From NCBI RefSeq assembly GCF_001194135.2, contig NC_068997.1:31189676-31253675 (forward strand): DNA of 64,000 nt, read 5' to 3'. The translations under genes were made by a program, and so were the position numbers. The stretch comes from Octopus bimaculoides (Eukaryota). Below the pieces are notes generated by a model. That model was not told the DNA's origin, made no database searches, and saw nothing but the letters and a program-made list of their open reading frames with translations. Shown one piece after another: positions 25,526-38,530 of this stretch. Positions within the stretch are counted from its first letter, which is position 1. Each line of letters starts with the position of its first letter.

Positions 25526-26279
25526 TGCAGAAATTTTGAATCCATACTGCAGCGTGACAGCTACAGTACTTTGTTCACTGGAACTGCGATTTCAATTCTA
25601 GTCATATGCACTATTCTCTAAAATAGAAAATGTATTAAGATTTGTAACACTGATCCCAGTGTAGTTGTATCATAGTATAATGATACTATAGAATATCTTT
25701 GATTTCATTATTTAAATCTTTAATCCTTTCAACAACTTTGAAATAGTTTTATGACATGGATACTAGGCAAAAGTGAAGAACGTTAAACCAGTGTTTTCTC
25801 ATGAACAATTTTGTAAGGCTTGTTTTCCTGCGAAGTAAGGACGTAAGGACAAAAATGCAAAAAAGTAACTCTTAAGATGAAGAGGTGACAGTTCTATAGG
25901 AAACAATATAGTTTTCAAAGATTATAGGTTCAGTATTCCCTTTACACCAATCCCAGAAATAATTCTTTCAAAAAAGAAACATAACGTAAATTTATTTAAA
26001 CCCCCAGCAATCTCTTGTTTTAAAATAACCAGGGAATATCCATGGATATGGTTGGTAATTTATATTGACCTTCTGCGGATCTTACACTAGTGATTTGCTA
26101 TAAGGTGATTTAATCCAAATTTCTCACGAACCTCAGTGTATTTTTCTCTCTGTGTTGTGATAGTCTCGGTTTGTATTTTCATTATTATCTTAGGGAAAGG
26201 GAAAAAGTGAAGTATCCAGGATATTGGCAGAATTTTTGAAAGAACTGGTGGTGGAAACTGAGTAAAAATCTATAACTCA

Positions 26280-26600
26280 TGTGTTGTCTTTAACCACTAC
26301 TTCGATTCACATAAATAATTCAGCTGGATATCAGAGTCATCAAAGTACGAAAGACTCACAGAACCGGGCTCCTGTTATATTTGGCAAGAGATCTCTACTA
26401 TATAACCACATCAAACCTTAATCTCTATCAAATAGTTGCACTATACAAAGGAAGAAAGAAGTTTAATATAGAATCAATTGTTGAGTTATATCCATTGCAC
26501 ACAAACTCTAACCAGAACCAGAAACTGGATCAAAACGTCAAACAAGAAACCAAGATGGTTGATAATATTTGAGAAGCGATGAAATATTGTCAAAGGAAAA
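26280..26600 (+). mobile_element. Probable R4/Dong-type LINE post-RT fragment
   Basis: LYYITTSNLNLYQIVALYKGRKKFNIESI resembles the region downstream of the RLY..R..GGRGL motif. Confidence 0.35.
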
Positions 26601-26987
26601 AAGACTGAGGCAATGTAGAATATTGTATTTTCTCCCATAAACAATGAAGCAGAACTCATTCTCTATGGTCAGGTAGTCAAATATCTTATTCACTCGATAT
26701 ATACACTTTTTCGTTTCAAGTAAAATAGAAAACAAATACACATACGAAAGTCAAAAGCCCTTGAATATATTACTTCCCTTATTACAAAATTAGCATTCTA
26801 TCATAATTGAAAATTATAGGGATCTTTTTCATGATGTCTTGATGTAATCTAATAATTAAATGTTACCACTTATAATTAATATTGAACTTTCAAACACCAA
26901 CAATAAAATGTTATAAATCAATACTTATGTTATTATAGAGAAAGGATTAGATAAGAAGTTTAAAAAATATCTGAAACAGAAATTTAC

Positions 26988-27151
26988 CTCCTTATTCACT
27001 AGGGGTTTTTTCTTCCGCACACAGTTCCATGGTGCAATACCAAGCGTTGTCACTCCATTCGTGGCAACCGCTTTACTTTCTTTACCATGTATAACTTCCC
27101 CAATATATTTCGCAACTCCAGTATGTAAGCCTTCAGTTATGATCCATGTAT
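26988..27151 (-). CDS. TRPM: TRPM-family channel exon (DTWIITEGLHTGVAKYIGEVIHGKESKAVATNGVTTLGIAPWNCVRKKKPLVNKE)
   Basis: Acceptor ttgtcttgcAG and donor GTaaat; 164 nt = 2 nt + 54 codons, completing the split codon G|AT from the previous exon. Matches TRPM AWIxTGGxxTGVxKxVG...IGIAPWG. Confidence 0.94.
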
Positions 27152-28149
27152 CTGCAAGACAAAAGATCAATAATTATATTCAAATATTGATTTCTTATTC
27201 TAAAACTACAGTAGGTGTTTGGACAAAATACCCCATGGTATTTAGTTATATTCCTTCACATTCCGACTTCACACAAAATGGTTGAATTTTTTTTTGTTCA
27301 TGCAAACGTGATGAAATATGCATCGTTCATTAACTGGAGGTGATTTAAATATTGATACTTTTCTCATTATAGAAACAAGGTTATGATGAACTAAATGAAA
27401 CTCAATTATTAGATTTTCAATCAATCCTTGACAAGACATATAAATCAAAAATACAACCCAAGTAGAATTTGAACTCATAACGGAAAGAACCAAAAACTAA
27501 ATACAACATACATCGTTCAGTTCTTTTCAGTTATAATCATCAGCACCCTGCATTTTTTATTCCATATTGCTAACTTGAAATGTGTTTTGTTAGAGAGCAA
27601 AAGTAAAGTCTTAGATGGAAGTGTGACTTGGTTTCACTTATTGGCTCAAGTCTAGTAATGCTCTGAAATAGTACATGACTGTCACTCTTTCCATTTCACA
27701 ATATCTCGAGTAACCTTTACATGGTCACTAGACCTTCAGAAAATAGCAATTATATCTCCCCCCTCTTCCCCTACTGTCTTTAAAAAGGAGAGAATACATT
27801 GAATCAAATAGTCTGACAAACCCTTTATAAGATGGGATGGTCATTGCTGGAATGATTTTGAACATAGGTTTGTTCATTTAAGCTGTGCCAGTACACCCAC
27901 CTATGTTAGTGAGGAGTGGTGGCCCAGAGCAGGAAGGACTCAGATAAGGAGGATATACTCAATAACTTTAGATATTCACAGAGAGAGATTGGTGCAAGAT
28001 ACAGATAGTGTATCAGCAATACTCAAACCTGTGCAGTTCTTGGGGGATCTATCCTTAACATCTTCTGCCTCATACATCATAGAAAGGTTTAGGTATAGAT
28101 CAGAATTTTTATTTCGGTCAGAAAACGAACAGAATAACATATATTTCAC

Positions 28150-28730
28150 AGGACTTCTAAGACAGGTGGGAGGAAAATAGGACTGGAATTTGACCTAAAT
28201 TCTTGCTATAGAGGAGATACCACTACAGGCATCCAAGGATCAGATGGTGATATTAAACTGAGTGATGGATGTAGTCTATCAAATCTCATTCACAAGTCTG
28301 TTTGCCGCATTGTTATAATCAAAGATAGTTGCTGCAAAGTGGGAATGAACTTGAAAATGCATAATTGCAAAGTGAAACCCTTAAACTCAAAACCATATTA
28401 TTTTGGGATAATGATGAAATTGACTGGGCTTGATTATCGTTACTTGGTTGTTGTACGGTTCAGTCGTCAAAGTAAATAGTTTAATATACTGTGTGCTTGG
28501 TCAGTCAAGAATCTTCCCTTTTGTCTTTTTCTGTATATTTTGGCGCAGAAGCCATTACTGTGGAGATTTGAGATGCTGAATGTCATTCCCCATGATTTGG
28601 ATTTGGAACAGATATATTTCCAACTGTCTGACAGGTGTCAACAACCCGACATATATCACCTGGATTACCTGGATGCATCAACAGGAACTCAGGTAAATAA
28701 TAACTGATTATGCAGATCATTTCTAATTTC
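28150..28730 (+). mobile_element. Decayed CR1-like RT fragment
   Basis: Traces of the G.+.GK..W..FL segment, a GIPQG-like segment and DYADH (YADD-like). Confidence 0.3.
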
Positions 28731-28734
28731 TGCC

Positions 28735-29405
28735 ACCAATATGTCTGGAATACCTCTTTCCTTCGAATTTACTGTTCAGTCAACTTCTTGTTTGATCGAT
28801 ATTATGTTTCCATAGAATTCTTTTACTCTTTCGAATATTTGTACATCTTCTGTAAGTTGTTTTCCATCTTTGTTATTTAGACTAATGACTGTGTTGCATC
28901 TAATAGTCATCTTTTTTGTTTTGTGTTTCTTTTATTGCTTTCAATTATTACTTTGATCATCTCCATATTTGACTTTCTTTTATTTTCTCTGTTTCATTCA
29001 TAATTGTTTTTTTTTATATAATTCAGTATATTCGATGTGTTGTGTAAATGAGTCTTGTTTCATTGCTCTTCGGATTTTCATGAGCTTGAATATGTCACTT
29101 GATAATGCTTGTTTCTTTGCCTTTTCCCTCTTAGAAGTAGTTTCCTTAGTTGCATCTTTTATTGTCTCAGTAATAATATTCCTTATCTCCTTGGTATTGC
29201 TACTGTCTATCTGGTCTCAAAACATACCAAATCTATTGTTCAAAGATAACTGGAATTCTGAAACTCTTGGTATGAAGTTTTCAAAGCTAGTTCTCTGTCA
29301 CTTCCTTGCTTTCTTCTTCCTTTTATTTGTTGTGTTTATTTGTATTTTGCATTTGACAAGTCTATGGTCAGGTTAGTTGTTCACTTTGTTGTTAGTCTTC
29401 ACTTC
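28735..29405 (-). mobile_element. RTE-clade LINE, endonuclease C-terminus to pre-RT linker (inverted segment)
   Basis: PDHRLVKCKIQIN..LNNRF..HIEYTELYK..LNNKDGKQLTE..RVKEFYG..IPDILVAEIRN. Confidence 0.7.
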
Positions 29406-31520
29406 CAGACTTATATTTGTGTCGCTTGATAGTATGAAATCATACTAGAGAGAATTGAGAGGAGTCTGGATGAGAACACTACAGCAGAACAGGCAGGCTT
29501 CAGGAAAAAGTATCGCAGAATAGACTACATACAGGCTATAAACCAACTGAAGGAAAATGCCAAACTTAGAACATATCATTATGCTTAACATTTGTAGATT
29601 CGGGAAAAGCTATTCATTCCGTGGAAATTGATGATATGCTAAGAACAATAGAGGAAAAGCGAATCGAAAGAGACAACACAAAGTAATTAGAGAATGTGTA
29701 CACCAGCTGCAGAACTACAGCAACTATCGGGTTGGCAAATAAGTTCCCACCGTTTTTTTTTTCAATTTTGGAATTTATTGCGTTTTTAAATTTTGGTATT
29801 TATTTTTTTTCCGAGAATTCTATTTTTGAATCATTTTGCAATCTATTTTGTTTTGTTTATGTTCTATTTAATTTTAGTTAATTTTTGTTTATTTTCAGAT
29901 CATTAAAATGGAATGTCACGTGAAGAAAAACGAGCATTTTCGACAATTTCTTTTTTTTTTAATCAAAGTTCTAAGGTCGCAAAAGCTGCTCATGACATTT
30001 ATGCTGTGCATGGAGAGGGTGCTATAGCTGAAAGAACCGCTCGTGATTGGTATGCCAAGTTCAAAAATAGAAATTTTGACCTGAAAGACGCACCTCGTTC
30101 TGGCCGTCCAGTTGAGTTCGATGAAGAGCGATTAAACCAACTTTTGCACGAAAATTCTTGTCAAACGACAAGGGAACTGGCAGAGAAAACGGAATGCTCC
30201 CAAACTGCTATAGAGAAGCATCTTCACTCGATGGGAAAGTTTCAGAAGTATGGAGCATGGGTTCCGCATGCTTTAAGTGACAACAACAAAAATCAACGAG
30301 CCACAATCTCCGCTGGCTTGCTTGCGCGTCACCACTCAACTCATGGACTCAAGCAACAATATCTTTACCGAATCGTTACTGGCGACGAAAAATGATGCGT
30401 GTATATCAATATGAAGCAGCGTAAGGAATGGCTTAGCCCCGGTAAACAAGCGACACTGCTCGTGAAACAAGATCTTCATCCGCATAAAACGATGTTGCGC
30501 GTATGGTGAGACTGGGAAGGGATTATCCATTACGAATTGGGAGCTTTGTTGGATCAATTTTTCGAGTCGAAATCGGGTAATTTCTACCAACGAGATATTG
30601 AAAATCTTGTTAAAAGTAGGGAAGAAGCTGCAAATAACAAGGGTGAATACATTATTGATTAATTAGATGTTATTTTTTTATTAAACCTTTCAAACAATTT
30701 AAATTTTAAAGAACGACGGTAACTTAGTTGCCAATCCAATATAAACAATGAAGTGATTGATGTCAAGACTGGTAAAGGAGTCAAAGAGACACTATATCAC
30801 CCAAATTATTCACATCTGTATTAGAAAAGGTTGTTTAGAACTTGTATTGGTCAGATAATGGAATATGAATGGATGCATGCTAAATCAATTCAAATTCACT
30901 GATAATATTGTACTTGTTTTCCAGGAACATTAAAATATCAACAGAAAAGCTCAGAAATCCTCAGAAGAAAGCAAAAAATTGTAGACTCAGAATTAATACT
31001 AGTGAAACGAAGATAATCTCCAACCATCTAATCACAGCTGAAATGTAGTAATAGATGATGAAATAGTAAAACATATAAACCAATAAACTTACGTTGGACA
31101 AATAATCTGCTTAAAATATAAAAAATAATTTTAAAAATATTGAAGAATTGGGATGAGCATTCTTTGGTAAATTAAATCACATTGTGAGTAGTAACTTGTC
31201 TATGTGTCTAAAAAAAATTATCTTCAACTAGTGTGTGCTACCACGTATGCATCAGAAACCTGGCCTTTCCACAAGAACATTGGAAATATCAACACAAAGA
31301 CCCATGGAAAGGAGAATGCTGAAGGTTGACAACATGGATAAGTGAACAAACAAGAATTACAACAGGATTAATGGATATTATCTGTAAAATAAAAACTCTG
31401 AAAGGGTCTTTCGCAGGATATGTGCTTTTAGAAGAAAGAATAATAAATGGAAAGAAAATTGACAGAGCATTCAACATGTTCAGAGATAAGAAGGAGGGAA
31501 AGACGTTGCGTAAATTGGAA
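29405..31520 (+). mobile_element. RTE-clade LINE, RT and C-terminus, interrupted by a mariner
   Basis: EIILERIERSLDENTTAEQAGFR; after the mariner, GKGVK/DTISPKLFTSVLE; later EQTRITT..IKTLKGSFAGYV..GRRCVNW (R+.GRP..RW-like). Confidence 0.75.
29727..30739 (+). mobile_element. mariner transposon with both TIRs and TA TSD; internally deleted transposase pseudogene
   Basis: TA|TCGGGTTGGCAAATAAGT ... ACTTAGTTGCCAATCCAA|TA. ATG at 29908, then frameshifted ...AIAERTARDWYAKFKNRNFDLKDAPRSGRP..WVPHAL..RIVTGDEK; the catalytic C-terminal part is missing. Confidence 0.95.
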
Positions 31521-32149
31521 TGAAGATTTTGCTAAATTCTTCAACACTCAAAATGAATGAAGAAATCATTAAATTGTGGTTGGTAGAGAGAAAATACGGA
31601 ATCCTTCGTCCATAAGCGGACTGAACACGTGCAAGAATAATGATCCGCCTTGCAATAACATAACGTTCAGATCATACTTAGATCATAGCGTTTTTAAATG
31701 ATTTTACTCAGTTTAAGGTTGCCTTTCTGCATTTTACTAACCATAATCTTAAACCAATTTATTTAGTACTCTTCCTGCAGCAGTGTTTCTAATTGTTTAT
31801 TATCCATAGCAGCAACTGTCGCAGTGGTACCGCTACTGCTGTTTTCATCCTCCCCATATATTGTCTTACTGTTATTACTTATTTTCAGAGCATAATCAAG
31901 ATTAGCTCCATGATTCTGAAGTATGGGCAATGATTTTTGTGGTTTTCTTTTTTCCTTTAGAGTATTCTAATCGATCATCACATATGTAACGCAGTTTTTT
32001 CAATTGCATGAACTAAAAGTCGTACGGGGACGGGATAAACTACCTGCATCAACATGCTATAAAAGCAGGTAGTAATTTTACCTTGTACTTGTTCTTAGTG
32101 CAAGTTTTGAAGAGTGCAGTTCGATTTTAACAGCTATTTTTTCAAAGTT

Positions 32150-32690
32150 ATAATGGAAGTGACAAAGGCGCATATTCAGCATATTTTGCTTTATCAATTC
32201 AATAAAGGCAACAGTGCAATGAAAAGTGTGAAGAATATTAATGTAGTGTATGGGGATCGGACAATAAGCGTAAGCCAGAGTCAACGGTGGTTCCAGAAAT
32301 TCCGAGCCGGAACCTAGAGCCTAGAAGACGAGCCTTGTCCTGAAAAATCTGTAGAACTCAACAATGACGTCCTGCAAACTCTGGTGGAACAAAATCTCAT
32401 CGTAACTGTTGAGGAACTGACAGATAAGCTTGATTTGGTCATTCATGCGTTCATCGATACCTGCGTGCCATCGGAAAAGACAGCAAACTGGATCAGTGAA
32501 TTTCACACAAACTTTCCGAGTCTAATCTCGCCCAGAGCATGAATGTGTGCTCTTCTTCGCTGTTCTGTCTCACGAACAAACTTTTTTTTATCAAATAGTG
32601 ACTGGTGACGAGAAATGGGTTCTCATTAAAAATGTCAAGGACCGAAAACAGTGGTTAGGGAAAGGAGAAACACCGGCAGCTAACCTAACG
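32150..32690 (+). mobile_element. mariner transposase pseudogene, 5' half
   Basis: MEVTKAHIQHILLYQFNKG..VVYGDRTISVSQSQRWFQKFRAG..QIVTGDEKWVL; truncated where the Tx1-like LINE begins. Confidence 0.85.
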
Positions 32691-32719
32691 AGTGGCTAAC
32701 TCATTCTCATCCCCATCTA

Positions 32720-35700
32720 CCTTGGACAAAGAGTATCCAGAGTTAGAATACTCAACATCCCAGCAGCGATAAACATTTACTGGTTAGTGGCTGCAATTCT
32801 CCTCGACGTAGAAGAGAAAATCACGATTCTGCAAATACAGACGCTTCGACCGACAAGCTTTCATGTCCATTTTCGGTGGGAACGAGATATACTTATCTCC
32901 ATGCCAACCGAGAATGGAAGATGGAACGGCGATTTGATGCGGACTACATTCCCGGATCAAGAACGTCAGGTGGTAGTCCTGGATGAGAGCAGTAGTGACG
33001 GGGACACCTTCACATTAGTGGCTATTTATGCTTCATCAGAAGCAGGCAGCAGCATTTTTTCAGACATCTGGAGGTTTTCCTTGGAATGTCTCGACCTTTA
33101 GTTTTAGTAGGCGAGTGGAACACTGTCTTAGAGCCATGTTTGGACTGTGTGGGGTTAGTGAATAGAAGAGGGGTGGTAAAAGCTTCGCAAACCTGCTCAG
33201 ACATTTCCAACTGTCTGATAGGTATCAACTGGATTTATCGAATGTGCCTATGTGTACATGGACGAATCGCACCGGATCATCCAGGTCGTATCTCGACAGA
33301 CAAAGTATAAGTTGTCCACTTTCAAACTGGTCGGCTACACAGACCACAAAATTGTGATTTGTATAGTCGACCCAGATAGGTAGGGACCCAGTTATTGGAA
33401 GCTGAATGCATTACTCCCGGCGTGCCAGGGTTACAAAGACCGGATAAGAAAATTAGTTAACAGGACGTTGACGAGGAAAATCGTCAACAACAAATGATGG
33501 TTTGTCCTGAACAGTGCAATTAGAGTAGAATTAGTTAAGTTTAGCAATCTATGAGTGATAGAAAGCAATAAAATAGAAGAAACATTAGAACTCGGAAGAG
33601 ACGCTTAGGAAAGGCATTGCAACCGACGTGCTGGCCACGGGATTGGTCATGGACAAATTCTTTAACATTAAACATGAAGGCTGCATTGTCAGGGCTAATG
33701 TGCGTGCTCTAAGACAAGAGAGAACGAAAGCCGCTCGATGAACCCGAGTGACAGAGATGCAACGTGGCAACAAAGTCACAATTCGGTCTTCGGTGGACCA
33801 AAATTGAATCATGGTACTCCAGCCTGAGATGTGTGCGTCATTTCAGCAGCACTTCGCTCAACTGTTTGGAATGAATGGTATTGCGGAAAGCAAGATAGAC
33901 TTCAGTGTCTACCTCGATGATGGCATAACATAACACTCAGAAAGTATACGGAGAGTTGCAAAAGCTTGATAACAGCAGGAGAAATATGAAGTGCGATATC
34001 GTGTTGCACGGTAGGTGGGCAAATCACCTACATTGGATGGTCTGCTCTATGAGATTTACTGCTATATGCCAGACTAGTCTGGTGGCCTTTATTTTGCGGC
34101 AAATATCTACCGCAACTGGCAGCAGAACGGGAAAATTCTCAATTTTGTGAGTCGAGGAATAGTGGCACTTCTAAGAAAGGACTGAAATAAGGTTATCAAA
34201 TAGAAAAATTTAAACCCAGGACGCTACTGAACGCAAGCCTCGAAATTTTGGCTAAGTTGTTAGTAAATAGTTTGGCGTTTGTCGTCGAAGAACCGAGTGG
34301 TGATGCGCAATCTCAAGCAGATTTATCCACGATGACCTCTACATCATGTGACACATCATAGACAGTATTGGTAAGGAACTTGGCATGGGTAAACTCTGAT
34401 CAATTTGGATCAATCTAAAGCTTTCGATAGGGTCGAGAACCAATACTTTTCACTGTGGCCGGCTGGATTGCTGCAATGTACAACGAAAGATGCTCGGTAG
34501 TTCAAGTGAATGATTATCTATGAGTTCCGTCCGTGGAGGGTGTCCAATCTCGTCTCTTCCGTATGTACTTGCACCTGAGCCGTTAGTGCTAGAATTAGAA
34601 ACGTTGAGAGGAACACCGTGCAGACTAGGATGTGGGAGAGCCATGTCAGCTTACGCAAACGATGTCCCCCGTGATAATGTCGGTCAGCAAGGGCATAAAC
34701 CTGGTAGGCACGTCTCTAAAAGCATACGAGACGGCAACAGGAGTAAAACTTAACCAAAAAAGGTCAATGGGCCTGTAGCTCGTCACCAGAAGAAGCATAT
34801 CCATGCCGTCTAATAACGTCGTGGGTCGCTGGACGAAGGGACATGGTTAGTCAAGATCTCCAGGGGAAGAGGAACTGAGACGAGATGACGAACAAGGTTA
34901 CAAATCTCACACAGACATTGGAGGAAGAAAGCTATCCCTGAAAGGGTGGGCAGAGGGGGTGAATGCATGCATCGCTTCCGTCGTATATTATCGCCTGACC
35001 ATCGTGCCTATCCCCAGTTCAAGTTTAACCAAATTGGAGCGCGTGCTTTTCCGCTTCTCTAGAAGGGACGCGTTTCACTTCTCAGGCGCTCCATTTGATG
35101 TCAACAACTACTGAATAGAGGGTAGGGCATATCGTAGCTGCTGATGTGCAATCATGCACTGAGACTGCAACATCTGCAGTGTTTCTTAGACGGTGAGCAG
35201 GTGTGGTCGCCGTTTGTCAGATGCGATTTCTCACAGCTTTCTCTTGGTCTGTAATCCTGCACCAAGCGTAGACCGTGGCAGGATACCTAGCACCTAGAGC
35301 GTCGTCAGGAGTTCACAGTCCTCTGTCCGTCGGGAAATGTGATCGGGGGAATTTCCACTCAGGCTTTCTATAGAGGGTTAGTGGCGGGCAAGCGCATCGA
35401 CGTTCTTGGTGAGACTCTGAGCACCGATGAAAAATAGTTGGCTGGTATGATCCGAAGGACTTTGGGGTTGAGGCACATGGATAACGTCCAGAAATCCCTG
35501 GCCTAGCATTGTTACCGGGGAGAATTGCTTGTTCCAGGATTAGCTTTGCAAGCATGGAAGTGCCGTCAGCAGGGCTTACACGAGGTGCGTGCAGAACGAC
35601 GAACTGTTTAACTTGTTCTGACGAACTGTTCTGACATTGCTGACTTGCGGTGTTATGTCGAACACTGCCAAGTGTAGAACAGACCCTGCTATGAGCTGTG

Positions 35701-35950
35701 AGCATCGTGAAATCGGCTCACCGCCTTCATTCGACCAGGAAGGGCAGGCAGTGTTTCTTTTTCTGATGGCCTTAACAAAACAAGTAATGTGGTGGATCAG
35801 ATTGAAAGGGTTAAAAACAGACACATTCCTGTTCAGTCAAACCATCAACGTTTCCAAGTTTCACTTGAAAAAAAAACAGGAAGAGTAGAGAGAGAAGTGC
35901 TGACTCCTAAAAAATATTTTAAAAGGTGAGAGAATGTAGCATGAATGGTC
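32720..35950 (+). mobile_element. Tx1/L1-clade LINE ORF2 (APE endonuclease and RT), decayed
   Basis: FTLVAIYAS; LVLVGEWNTVL..D; YWKLNALL; DQSKAFDRV; GCPISSLPYVLAPEPL; AYANDV; C-terminal CxxC..H region. Multiple stops and frameshifts. Confidence 0.8.
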
Positions 35951-36169
35951 CGAGTGAACTGGCCTACTCTCAGCATGTACCTCTAAATCAAAAATAGATG
36001 AAGTGGAAAGAGTACTTCCCAATATGTCAGAGGGGTTTTTGTGGGGTTTTCACAGCTGTTACAATTAAGCTCTGTTTCTTTTTTTAATTGCCCCGTTTTT
36101 AACCAAGCCCAGGATTTTGCTTCTCATACGTCTTCAGGGGCTCTCCAAAATTGGCCATGTAGAGGTTTC

Positions 36170-37900
36170 TCTTCGATTTGTCTGATGTGTTTTTTTTTTT
36201 TTTGTATTTCATTCTTGTCCTTTTCTCGTATTACGATTTTGATCACTTGTTTCTAACTGTCTTCAGTAGTTTTTCTGTGCTGCTCTGTAAGTACTCTACT
36301 ATGCTTTCTCTTTCCATTTGTATACATTCTTCTACTGCTGTTAAACCTCTTTCATCCGGGTCTCTCCTCATATACAGCCGATTGATATCAGCTTTCAGAT
36401 GGTATGTTCTATTCATTGTCAACAACATCTTAGTTCTTCTGTCAAATTTTTTTTTATATCGTTTTTGTTCCAGTCTATAATTCCTACATCATATCTGATT
36501 AAGGGTACTGCTCTTGAATTTATTGATTCAATAGCACTTTTCTTCTGCTCCATTGATCAATGCATTAAATTGCTCTGAGATCAATTTAAAGCACCTAATA
36601 ATCTTTTTATCCAAAATCCTTGTACACCATCAGGTCCTGTTGCTTTCCAATTGCTTATCTTTTTTATCATATTTCTGATAGTGGATACACTCTTGCTGGA
36701 GATAAGAATCTCTTTGCTTCGAGGAACTGCTGCGCCGTGCAGCTTCAGTATTTATGTTGTTCTTGCTTACTTCATATCTTGCCCCAGAACTGTCGACTTT
36801 CATCAGCACTAGGAACTAATCTCTCACATTCTGTATCATCATAAATCTCTTGATAAAATTCTTTTGGGTCGGTTCTGCCTGGTTTTCCCTGTACTGCCTA
36901 CTCCATGGTTCAAACCTAGTTAGCTTTGCTTTTTTTCCAACTATGTGCTGCTTCAGTTCTTCAATTACAACAGTCAGACCTTTTATACTTACACCATACT
37001 TCTTCCATACATTTTCACATCTGCGATCATTCTTCAATTCTCCCTTTCTTTTCCTAGCAAGTATTGACACTAACATGTTCAGGGAGTTTATATCTTCCGA
37101 AAGTTTTCAAGGTGGTTTAATTCCTCATCTATCCGTGTCAATGTTCTGTTTTCACCATGTCTCAATCCCACCCTTTCCGTCATAATCCTACATGCAGCGC
37201 TGATGAAATTATGTTTGTGTGATGTTCTTTGTTACAATGTTTCTTAATATATCATTGATTTTAATTGTTTTTGATTTGGTCTCCATTGGCTAGCCTTCTT
37301 AAAGTCGCTCCTAAATTCTATCCCTTCTGTATTTAATAGATCTAAAATACCGTTTATTATTAATTAGTCTTCATTGTTTAAATAGTAACTGATCTAGATT
37401 CTTTCATGATTCACGGTAGTTATATATTCTTGCGAACAATTGTCCATCTCTTACGCCATATCACTTTCGTTTTTTGTATGCCCAGCATCATCAGTTATCT
37501 TTCTTTAATAACTTCTTGCTCCAATCCTGTTAACCATCCATTCATTTTTTGTATTGTTCCTGTTTGGTCACATAATCTCTGTTCAGAAATTTCAAACAAA
37601 GCCATTGCCTTACATTCTCTGTGCATTCGTTCTCTGTAAGCTCTGATAGGCATGTCATTTGCATCCACTGGAATTATCTGGTAGTAAAGTTTCTTGTTTA
37701 CTTGTTTACTCCACTTTTGTGCCCCAGCATGGCTAGCAGTGGTTGGATTACGGCAGGGGACACACTGTTGCACAATGGAACACTTGCTGGTTTTCTCAAA
37801 TTCACCACTGGTTCTAGTCCCCTCACACCGTTATCGTGAGCTATTTTGCTTGGCATTTTCACTCAAAACCGATGTGTATTCTCATGTTACCACCAACCGG
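36170..37900 (-). mobile_element. R4/Dong-type LINE, internally deleted copy with 5' end
   Basis: KWSKQVNK..YRERMH..SEQRLCDQ..GWLTGLEQEVIK; WKATGPDGVQGFWIK; then a jump to YHLKADINRLYMRR..RGLTAVEEC. Confidence 0.85.
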
Positions 37901-38443
37901 TAGTTTAATCGAGACATTATTTATAGCAAGATTGTCTGCCAAGGTGGAAGACGCCTTGCTCTCCTGGTGTTGAAATCAGAGAGGTCCCTCTCCTTGACTG
38001 ATTACTCGCCAAGCTAACGAGTACAGCCTACCAGGACCACTGGCTATTTGAAGGCGTCAGTCATTCTTTTTACTTTCTTCTGTTAGTTCTGTTAGTCAGG
38101 GGCTTTGTTTTGCACAGGTGCTTGGGGTATTTTATAAGTGAAGGGCGCTCAAATTCATTCATCATCCTGTCATTCACAGATAAAAGATTCCTCGTGTCTC
38201 CCACTGCATCGAAATTACTTCAGCCGATTTCCTATTAGATAGGGAAATATTTATTAAAGACTATATGAATATATATGCATCACATCATACCGGATTTACG
38301 ATAAACAACCACAGAAAGCGTGACAAGGTAAGCAAAGAGAAAAAAGAAAGAAGGATCAACTACGGAGGGGTGGAAGCTATTTAATAGAGCATGCTCAGTA
38401 TAATCCTGGCTGCATTACATGCATTCTTCTTCTTCTTCTTCTT

Positions 38444-38461
38444 CTTCTTCTTCTTCTTCTT

Positions 38462-38530
<69 letters not shown>
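38444..38530. repeat. (TTC)n + (TTA)n microsatellite; the (TAA)n abuts the 3' end of the R4 element
   Basis: Direct observation. Confidence 0.97.
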
